Below are positions 25,980 through 31,616 of a stretch of 31,616 nucleotides of DNA, in pieces. This DNA is from a virus. Lineage: Duplodnaviria > Caudoviricetes. Every line of letters begins with the position of its first letter. The stretch's first letter is position 1. The translations under genes were made by a program, and so were the position numbers. Under the pieces are notes generated by a model. It did not search any database. It was not told where the DNA came from and was given only the letters and a program-made list of their open reading frames with translations. The stretch is from IMG/VR virus record IMGVR_UViG_3300021185_000008, positions 1-31,616 of that record. One strand, written 5' to 3'.

Positions 25980-26385
25980 ATTCTTCTATCAATCTTTTTA
26001 GTTTAGAATAAACACCGTTAACAAAACAACTACTACAGTTGGATGTTTCTTTCTTTTCGTTAAAAACTCTATTATATATATCTATTAATTTTTTTTGTGT
26101 TGTAGTATCAATTACAGTTTTATTTAATTGAAAATATCCCTTTAAATAAATATATTCATCCTCAGTAAAACATTTTGGCTTGTAATACGGAAATAGATAG
26201 TTTAATTTATTCTTCCTTCCCTCACAACCACAATCCTCACCTGCTAAAAACTTTACAGCTTTTTTTATACCTGTTGCTTTAGTAATTTTCTCTACCGTAT
26301 CCCCAACGCCTTTAGAATCTTTTTTATACTTTTTCTTCCAGTCCTTATAAGCTTTAGATCTTTTATCTCCCTTAAATTCTTCCAT
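25972..26385 (-). CDS. Hypothetical protein with CxC and CxxC (putative Zn-binding)
   Basis: GVGDTVEKITKATGIK...DCGC...CSSC; immediately downstream of the sigma factor. Confidence 0.65.
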   Translation of the reverse strand: MEEFKGDKRSKAYKDWKKKYKKDSKGVGDTVEKITKATGIKKAVKFLAGEDCGCEGRKNKLNYLFPYYKPKCFTEDEYIYLKGYFQLNKTVIDTTTQKKLIDIYNRVFNEKKETSNCSSCFVNGVYSKLKRLIEEYE

Positions 26386-26390
26386 GATTT

Positions 26391-26942
26391 TTAATTTATT
26401 TGTTCGTAATCATTATTTATGTAATTATCCCATTCATCCTGATATTCCTTCCTTATCCTATCTTTCATATTTTTTAAGCTATTAAATATAGACACCCAGC
26501 TAATCTTAGTTTCCGCTGCTATACCCCTAATGCTTAATCCCGAATCCCTGTAGATTTTAAATAATTTTCTATTATACCAATCCCAGAGTTCAATTTCATT
26601 ATCTATTAATAAACATATTTTATTAAAAGCTATTTGCTCATCCATTTTACTATCGTCTGGAATTTGGATGTAAAACTCTTCATTATCGATACTAACTTTA
26701 TTAATCTTTTTCTTTGAATTATAATACTGATAATAAACACTCCGGAGAGTAAAAAAAACATAACCTCTACTAACAATTCCATTTTTTATAATTTTTTCTT
26801 CAGATCCATATTTAAATAAAACAAGGTACATCTCCTGTACAATATCTTCATAATAATGCCTTTCACCAAAGCTCTTTACGATCTTAATCCATTCACTATG
26901 CTGCTCAGCTACTTTAGCTAGCCATCTTGTTTTTTCGTCCAT
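26391..26942 (-). CDS. ECF-type (group 4) sigma-70 factor
   Basis: Region 2 EDIVQEMYL...GYVFFTLRSVY and region 4 HTH GLSIRGIAAETKISWVSIFNSL; start reassigned to MDEKTRW. Confidence 0.8.
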   Translation of the reverse strand: MDEKTRWLAKVAEQHSEWIKIVKSFGERHYYEDIVQEMYLVLFKYGSEEKIIKNGIVSRGYVFFTLRSVYYQYYNSKKKINKVSIDNEEFYIQIPDDSKMDEQIAFNKICLLIDNEIELWDWYNRKLFKIYRDSGLSIRGIAAETKISWVSIFNSLKNMKDRIRKEYQDEWDNYINNDYEQIN

Positions 26943-27133
26943 ATAACAGTAATACTTATTATCCCAATGCAACATTGCAATGTGATTTCTGTTGAATCCT
27001 CGTATCTGTCTTTGTTATATAATGCGCCAATTATAAATCCAAAAATAGGACTTAAAATAATATCCGCTTTTTTTATTTGGCCTATTATTAAAAAAGCTGT
27101 AGCTATAATAAGTAATGTAATTATTATAATCAA
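26918..27133 (-). CDS. Small membrane protein
   Basis: 71 aa with hydrophobic segments; coupled to the helicase. Confidence 0.6.
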   Translation of the reverse strand: MIIIITLLIIATAFLIIGQIKKADIILSPIFGFIIGALYNKDRYEDSTEITLQCCIGIISITVIWTKKQDG

Positions 27134-28038
27134 AATTCTAGTTGCTTTTTTGGTTTGTCTAATAAAATATCCTGCTGCATATATTCAAAACCGGTATTAT
27201 TTATTTTCATTTTTAACCTAATAGGCTCTTCATGCGGTGTTGGTCTGCCACCAGTTTCATTTTCCTTTACTTTTAAAACATATAAATTGGAGTACATCCA
27301 TTCTGTTGAATGGCTAGTATATCTATGTATGCATATAACATCATCCGCCCTATTACCCCATTTACCACCACCTTCAACATCAGCCATTGATAAAGGTCTG
27401 GATAAGTTTCCATAATCATGGTTAGGTGGGTGGGTTCTTCTTAAAGCCTCAGTAACACCATGGGCATTTAAAAACACAGTAACATTATTATTTTTAGCAA
27501 ACATTCTAAACTCACTAGCAACTTGGTAATCATATTCATGCCCACCAACAGCTTTTAGCAAAGTATAATCCTTAGATAAACTATTGTACGGATCCACAAG
27601 TAGTCCATGATAATTCCAAGCATCTTTAATAGATTGTGCCTCCTTAATTAATTCTTTGTAGTTATATAGATCATCCACATCTATTATTTTAAAATGCTTA
27701 TCACACCAAGAAACTGATTCCGTTATTTTATCATCGGATGCTTTTTGTATAGGCAATCCCATTTTAAATTCTATTATTTTTCTAACTATACTTTGTGGCG
27801 TATTCTCACTTGACCATATTAAAAATCTTAAATTATGCTTAATAGCCCAAACAACAAATAAATAACATATTACAGTTGTTTTACCAGTATTAGCATGGCC
27901 TATTAAAAGATTAAAATTACCTTGCTTATATCTTAAGTATTCATCGATACCAGGTATACCAATACCCAGACCTTCTTTTATCCTTCCGTATTTGACATCC
28001 AATATCTTTTTCTTTATTCCCTCGCTTTTTGCTATCAT
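27130..28038 (-). CDS. SF4 (DnaB/T7 gp4-like) replicative helicase, no primase domain
   Basis: Walker A GHANTGKT, SSEN, Walker B LLVDPYN, LNAH, ADDVICIHR, KVK..TGG. Confidence 0.8.
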   Translation of the reverse strand: MIAKSEGIKKKILDVKYGRIKEGLGIGIPGIDEYLRYKQGNFNLLIGHANTGKTTVICYLFVVWAIKHNLRFLIWSSENTPQSIVRKIIEFKMGLPIQKASDDKITESVSWCDKHFKIIDVDDLYNYKELIKEAQSIKDAWNYHGLLVDPYNSLSKDYTLLKAVGGHEYDYQVASEFRMFAKNNNVTVFLNAHGVTEALRRTHPPNHDYGNLSRPLSMADVEGGGKWGNRADDVICIHRYTSHSTEWMYSNLYVLKVKENETGGRPTPHEEPIRLKMKINNTGFEYMQQDILLDKPKKQLEF

Positions 28039-28184
28039 ATTGTTTGTGTTGTTTTTGCGTATTTGCTTTCTACCTTTTTGCTTTGCTCATTTCTTAATGG
28101 TTCTACATAAAAACCTACTATTGGATTAACTAGATAATTCCAAAAATCCAAAGGCATCTGCTCGCCTTCTTTTAATTTCCTCAT
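28035..28184 (-). CDS. Small hypothetical protein (49 aa, not in ORF track)
   Basis: MRKLKEGEQMPLDFWNYLVNPIVGFYVEPLRNEQSKKVESKYAKTTQTI; ATGA-coupled to the helicase. Confidence 0.55.
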   Translation of the reverse strand: MRKLKEGEQMPLDFWNYLVNPIVGFYVEPLRNEQSKKVESKYAKTTQTI

Positions 28185-28194
28185 ATATATATAT

Positions 28195-28224
28195 AAAAAA
28201 AGGGAGCATTAAACCCCCCTTTTC
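28195..28224 (-). terminator. Probable Rho-independent terminator
   Basis: AAAAGGGGG...CTCCCTTTTTTT on the minus strand. Confidence 0.55.
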
Positions 28225-28235
28225 TTTTTTTTAAT

Positions 28236-28577
28236 TTAAAAATCTAATACATCATCATCTTGTCTTGATGGATTTTGATGGGAGTTGGTTACTTCATCTT
28301 CCTGATTTATTATTTTCCATCCGTTAATTGAATTAAAATATTTGGTTTCACCTTGCGGGTTTACCCATTCTCTACCTCTTAGATTTAAAGATACAACAAC
28401 ATCATCACCTGCTTTATGTTTAGATAAAGCATCTATAGAATTATTTATAAACTCAACACAAATTGTTTGTGGGTAATCTGAAGATCTATCTGTTTCTAGA
28501 ATTAGATTAGCTTTTTTTAATTTATCATTAACCTGTATAGGTTTTTCAATTGATTTTACGCGTCCTGATATTTCCAT
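28236..28577 (-). CDS. DUF3127 OB-fold protein (SSB-like)
   Basis: YPQTICVEF...VSLNLRGREW...YFNSINGWKI with acidic DDDVLDF tail; next to ERF. Confidence 0.8.
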   Translation of the reverse strand: MEISGRVKSIEKPIQVNDKLKKANLILETDRSSDYPQTICVEFINNSIDALSKHKAGDDVVVSLNLRGREWVNPQGETKYFNSINGWKIINQEDEVTNSHQNPSRQDDDVLDF

Positions 28578-28579
28578 TT

Positions 28580-29107
28580 TTATTTATTTAATAATTGTTC
28601 TACTTCTTTACTTAATTTGTATTTATTTTTCACATTCTCAATACTTCCACCTTTTTGTATATAATCACTGGCTTTTTTAAAAGCTTCAGAATCTTTAGCT
28701 AACTCAGATTTTTGCTTTACAGTTTTTTTAACAGCTGCTTTTAAACCACTTGCGCCATTTGCATCATCATCCTCAGCCTGTAATGCTAATAATCCTGTTA
28801 AGGTATATCTTCTATAATATGTTATAGCTGAACCTAATTTTTGTGGATCATTGATCTCCGGTAATTGCAAAGCTGATATTACACCACCTGTACCATCTAC
28901 ACATATTATTTTGCTATAAACCATATTTTCCTCTATAGGTTGTAATAACAGCAATCTATGTTTTTCTAACAGAGGGTGTAGCTGTTTAATTAAAGAGTTA
29001 ATATCAAAATACTTAGATTTATAAAAAGGATTAGTAGCATCTTTACTAATAGATCCTATCTCTTGCTGCAGATTAAACAGCTTCTCATTAATCTCCATTT
29101 TTTTCAT
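28580..29107 (-). CDS. erf: ERF-family ssDNA-annealing protein
   Basis: KDATNPFYKSKY, PQKLGSAITYYRRYTL...EDDD. Start may be MEINEK (29098). Confidence 0.85.
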   Translation of the reverse strand: MKKMEINEKLFNLQQEIGSISKDATNPFYKSKYFDINSLIKQLHPLLEKHRLLLLQPIEENMVYSKIICVDGTGGVISALQLPEINDPQKLGSAITYYRRYTLTGLLALQAEDDDANGASGLKAAVKKTVKQKSELAKDSEAFKKASDYIQKGGSIENVKNKYKLSKEVEQLLNK

Positions 29108-29195
29108 AACTTAAAATTAATTGTTCTTTTAATTGTTTGTTCTCGTGTTTTAATTCCTGCAATTCCCAATGCAGTTCCATGTTTGTTTTATTCAT
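29088..29195 (-). CDS. Small coiled-coil hypothetical protein (35 aa)
   Basis: MNKTNMELHWELQELKHENKQLKEQLILSYEKNGD; first ORF after the 29215 promoter. Confidence 0.45.
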   Translation of the reverse strand: MNKTNMELHWELQELKHENKQLKEQLILSYEKNGD

Positions 29196-29214
29196 AATAA
29201 ATATTTTAATTAAA

Positions 29215-29247
29215 CAAATATAAACAAATTTTTAAACAAACCACAAA
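29215..29247 (-). promoter_or_regulatory. Host-type (Bacteroidota) promoter TTTG-N21-TATATTTG
   Basis: Both -33 and -7 boxes present; upstream of the ERF/SSB genes. Confidence 0.7.
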
Positions 29248-29276
29248 AAAAAGGGCAAGATATAAATCCTACCCAA
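29245..29276 (-). terminator. Probable terminator after ninG
   Basis: GGGTAGGA...TCTTGCCC followed by a T-run on the minus strand. Confidence 0.55.
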
Positions 29277-29296
29277 TTTTCAAACAAAACAAAGGA

Positions 29297-29710
29297 TTAA
29301 AGAAACTCTTTTAGCTCTTCGCTATATTTTTTTATTAGATCCTGCAATTCGTCGCTTGTAAATTTAATAATTTCTTGGCTTTTACTAAACAATTCCTCTG
29401 ATAAACTTTTACCTAAAAAAACAGAATACTTATACTGCTGTCCCCATTGGAACACATTACATCCAACACACTGCGGATGGACATTTCTTATATCCCATCT
29501 CGTAGAATAATGCCTTCTACTCATAAAATGGCCTGCTTGAATACCATCATTTTTCCAATATCCTTTCTTTCCACATGTAACACAAGTGCAAATTCCTTTA
29601 TCATCGGAATTAGATAACCTAACATATTCACTAAAAACCACATCCAGCTTTTTAACTAGCTTGCTTCTTGTTGGTTTTTTAGAATTTTTAGGCATCGTTT
29701 TACGAATCAA
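29297..29710 (-). CDS. ninG: NinG/Rap-family recombination endonuclease
   Basis: KLDVVFSEYVR...CVTCG...QAGHFMSR...TRWD..NVHPQCVGCN. Confidence 0.82.
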   Translation of the reverse strand: MIRKTMPKNSKKPTRSKLVKKLDVVFSEYVRLSNSDDKGICTCVTCGKKGYWKNDGIQAGHFMSRRHYSTRWDIRNVHPQCVGCNVFQWGQQYKYSVFLGKSLSEELFSKSQEIIKFTSDELQDLIKKYSEELKEFL

Positions 29711-29942
29711 GATGGTTTAATAATAGTTTACCATCAGTTTCATTAAAACCTTTTATTAATTTGTAAAGATATTTACTATCTGATTTAACCTTATTTGTTT
29801 CAGCTTTAGTGCTATCTATACCTAAGTTAGTATAGGATATAGCATCCAATTCTAAAATACTATCTGTTCTATCTTTAACAGATAATTGAAAATCTTTAGC
29901 AATTTTTTCTGCTAAATTTCTAATAGTTAAATCTTCTGACAT
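29700..29942 (-). CDS. Hypothetical protein
   Basis: 80 aa; first gene after the 29986 promoter. Confidence 0.65.
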   Translation of the reverse strand: MSEDLTIRNLAEKIAKDFQLSVKDRTDSILELDAISYTNLGIDSTKAETNKVKSDSKYLYKLIKGFNETDGKLLLNHLDS

Positions 29943-29985
29943 TTTTTAATTTATATTATAATTGATTAATTAACCACTAACCCAC

Positions 29986-29993
29986 CAAATTTA
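29986..29993 (-). promoter_or_regulatory. Host-type -7 box TAAATTTG at start of early region
   Basis: TAnnTTTG match in the intergenic gap between lysis and early genes. Confidence 0.55.
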
Positions 29994-30047
29994 CACGCTT
30001 TTTTTTTAAAATGTAAACTTTTTATGATTAAACATATTAACAAGTTA

Positions 30048-30179
30048 CTATTTACCTTGCCCTTTGTATGTTTTTTTATAAAGCTTACTAGATTTCAGTT
30101 TAGATGTTTTTGATTTTGAATGTATCCCTTTACGCTTAACGCTTTTCTTTTTATAAGAATATGTTATTTGCTTTGCCAT
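30048..30179 (-). CDS. Highly basic 43 aa peptide (not in ORF track)
   Basis: MAKQITYSYKKKSVKRKGIHSKSKTSKLKSSKLYKKTYKGQGK; TAATG overlap with the holin gene. Confidence 0.65.
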   Translation of the reverse strand: MAKQITYSYKKKSVKRKGIHSKSKTSKLKSSKLYKKTYKGQGK

Positions 30180-30595
30180 TACCTATGTTTGTTGTTGCCA
30201 AATACTTTTTCAACCCCCCTGGAGCCAAAATAACCACCTATAACGATTGATAATAATCCCGTAATACTATCCAATGGGTAACCTAAATACCATCCAGCTA
30301 CGTAGCTTATAGTCAGAAAAACTAGAGTCAATGGTCTTACGTTAGAAGCTAACCAAGAACCACTTCTAGCATCAGCAACCCATCTTTTGGTTGTGCCATC
30401 TATTTCTGCCCTTTCTAATTCTAATTTTTTAAGTGCATAGGATTTATCCTCCTCAGACATTTCTGAGCCTCCTATAATAGCCTGTATAACACTTCCTGCT
30501 AAGGTATCTCCTGCTACTGCACCAACTACATCTGGTATTTTATTTAAAAGAAATTTACCTACTTGGGTATCCTTAAATTTTTTCTTTTCAGACAT
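30179..30595 (-). CDS. Putative holin (3TM/GTA-holin-like)
   Basis: RWVAD...SWLASNVRPLTLVFL...GGYFGSRGVEK; next to the endolysin. Confidence 0.7.
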   Translation of the reverse strand: MSEKKKFKDTQVGKFLLNKIPDVVGAVAGDTLAGSVIQAIIGGSEMSEEDKSYALKKLELERAEIDGTTKRWVADARSGSWLASNVRPLTLVFLTISYVAGWYLGYPLDSITGLLSIVIGGYFGSRGVEKVFGNNKHR

Positions 30596-30613
30596 AAAGT
30601 TGTTCCTACGGTA

Positions 30614-30970
30614 TTAGTACGTCCAAACTGAATTTGGTTTAGAAATATCGGTGTCACAGTGAATAAAGTTTTTTGCAACTCCAATTCTGCTAAATCCTGC
30701 TCTAATAAGTGCGTTAAGTATAATGTATCTTTCGTTTCCGCTTCCAACAGCAATATCTGCTGCAACTCCGATAAGGTGGCTTGAATTTGGTACACCTCCA
30801 ACTGTTTCGTTATGGTCTGCTGTTCTGTAACCACTTGTGATTTTAAATGGTATTCCTGCGAGTTCCCTTGCGTGTTCAAGTTTATAAAGAAAGTTAATAT
30901 CCATATTTTTCCCAGAATTGGGCAAACTAGGGCAGTCAAACTCTGATAGGGAAAAGAATTTAAGGTTCAT
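30614..30970 (-). CDS. Endolysin, peptidase M15A family
   Basis: ITSGYRT..HN..VGG...SSHL.G.AADI...FIHCD (His/Asp/His zinc ligands). Confidence 0.88.
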   Translation of the reverse strand: MNLKFFSLSEFDCPSLPNSGKNMDINFLYKLEHARELAGIPFKITSGYRTADHNETVGGVPNSSHLIGVAADIAVGSGNERYIILNALIRAGFSRIGVAKNFIHCDTDISKPNSVWTY

Positions 30971-31125
30971 ACAAATATGCTATAAATTAATTTCCAAAGA
31001 ATAAAGAACAGTACAACACCTACAAAGATAACCTTACCTTTCTGAAATACACTGTCGCTATTCCATCCATCAAACACCCATTTGGTGGCTTCTGCTTTTG
31101 CTATATTGTAATACTTTTTTATCAT
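30967..31125 (-). CDS. Small membrane protein (52 aa, not in ORF track)
   Basis: MIKKYYNIAKAEATKWVFDGWNSDSVFQKGKVIFVGVVLFFILWKLIYSIFV; ATGA-coupled to the endolysin. Confidence 0.6.
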   Translation of the reverse strand: MIKKYYNIAKAEATKWVFDGWNSDSVFQKGKVIFVGVVLFFILWKLIYSIFV

Positions 31126-31128
31126 AAT

Positions 31129-31533
31129 TTATTTTTTAGGTGGGTAATTTTTATCATCAAAATCCATTGCAGCTTTAAGGATTATTTTATCCATCATATT
31201 ATCCTGATTCTGTAACATCTCCTTTTGCAGGTTAATTACCATTTCCTCAAGATTATCTTTAGCTGACACTAACATTTCTATTTGATGTTCTTTTTTTTCT
31301 AGGGACTGTTTAAGAGCATTTATATCATCTGGTTTACTACCTGTTATAGTAGCTACTGTAATTCCAATAGAGGCGCTTATAGTACCTATCAGCATCATTA
31401 CAACCTCTTTATTTGTATCTAGTACAGGAAATTGTATCAAAGCTATAATAAGTCCAATAACAAAAAGGAATATTAGTAACGAACCTACATAACTTCTTAT
31501 CTCTCTCGCTACTCCGTTTCTAGGTAATTTCAT
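31129..31533 (-). CDS. Two-TM membrane protein with C-terminal coiled coil (lysis-associated)
   Basis: Hydrophobic helices at about residues 15-35 and 44-63, then a heptad region. Confidence 0.65.
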   Translation of the reverse strand: MKLPRNGVAREIRSYVGSLLIFLFVIGLIIALIQFPVLDTNKEVVMMLIGTISASIGITVATITGSKPDDINALKQSLEKKEHQIEMLVSAKDNLEEMVINLQKEMLQNQDNMMDKIILKAAMDFDDKNYPPKK

Positions 31534-31616
31534 TTAAGTTTTTTATATATTGATATTATAGTATATCCGATAGCTAATAAAAGGGATACCGTTTGTAATA
31601 CTGGGTTTGCCTCTGA
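31490..31616. repeat. Direct terminal repeat, copy 2
   Basis: Identical to 1-127. Confidence 0.97.

Noticed and set aside
233-27415. Plus-strand ORFs in the track (e.g. 900-1259, 6173-6502, 6688-7164, 10597-10956, 22089-22406, 27155-27415)
   Set aside because: All are antisense shadows of convincing minus-strand genes, with low-complexity or mirror composition and no motifs.
28184-28195. (TA)n microsatellite upstream of a small ORF
   Set aside because: Short, and expected by chance in an AT-rich genome.
30559-30939. 126 aa alternative-frame ORF overlapping the endolysin (possible embedded spanin)
   Set aside because: No lipobox or clear TM segment; best explained as an off-frame shadow. 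The same applies to 191-406, 789-977 and 1005-1250.
1-31616. CRISPR array, tRNA, integrase/att site, intron or intein, alternative genetic code
   Set aside because: None seen by eye. Genes tile densely in the standard code with all three stop codons in use. A tRNAscan/Infernal run would be needed to exclude small RNAs.

Overview
The window is a complete, circularly assembled genome (unit length 31,489 bp) of an AT-rich tailed phage, probably a siphovirus. Bases 1-127 are identical to bases 31490-31616. The host is most likely a Bacteroidota (Flavobacteria-like) bacterium, inferred from TAnnTTTG promoters and a DUF3127 SSB-like gene. All credible genes lie on the minus strand. Reading from high to low coordinates: lysis cassette; recombination/replication genes (NinG, ERF, DUF3127, SF4 helicase, RecE-like exonuclease, DnaA-C HTH); an ECF-type sigma factor; a nucleotide-modification cluster; terminase; tail genes; head genes; portal; fibre module. 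No DNA polymerase, primase, integrase, tRNA or CRISPR array was recognised. Most notable: (1) an operon with a cytosine-type (Asp-specificity) thymidylate-synthase homolog, an AsnB-like glutamine amidotransferase and up to three MazG-fold pyrophosphatases, a candidate uncharacterised cytosine-modification pathway; (2) seven copies of a TAACA-N16-ATTGTA motif, probably late promoters for the phage sigma factor, several implying leaderless mRNAs; (3) a T12 slippery site with about 54 dual-coded codons, a probable programmed -1 frameshift. All family calls come from visual motif recognition; no database searches were run.
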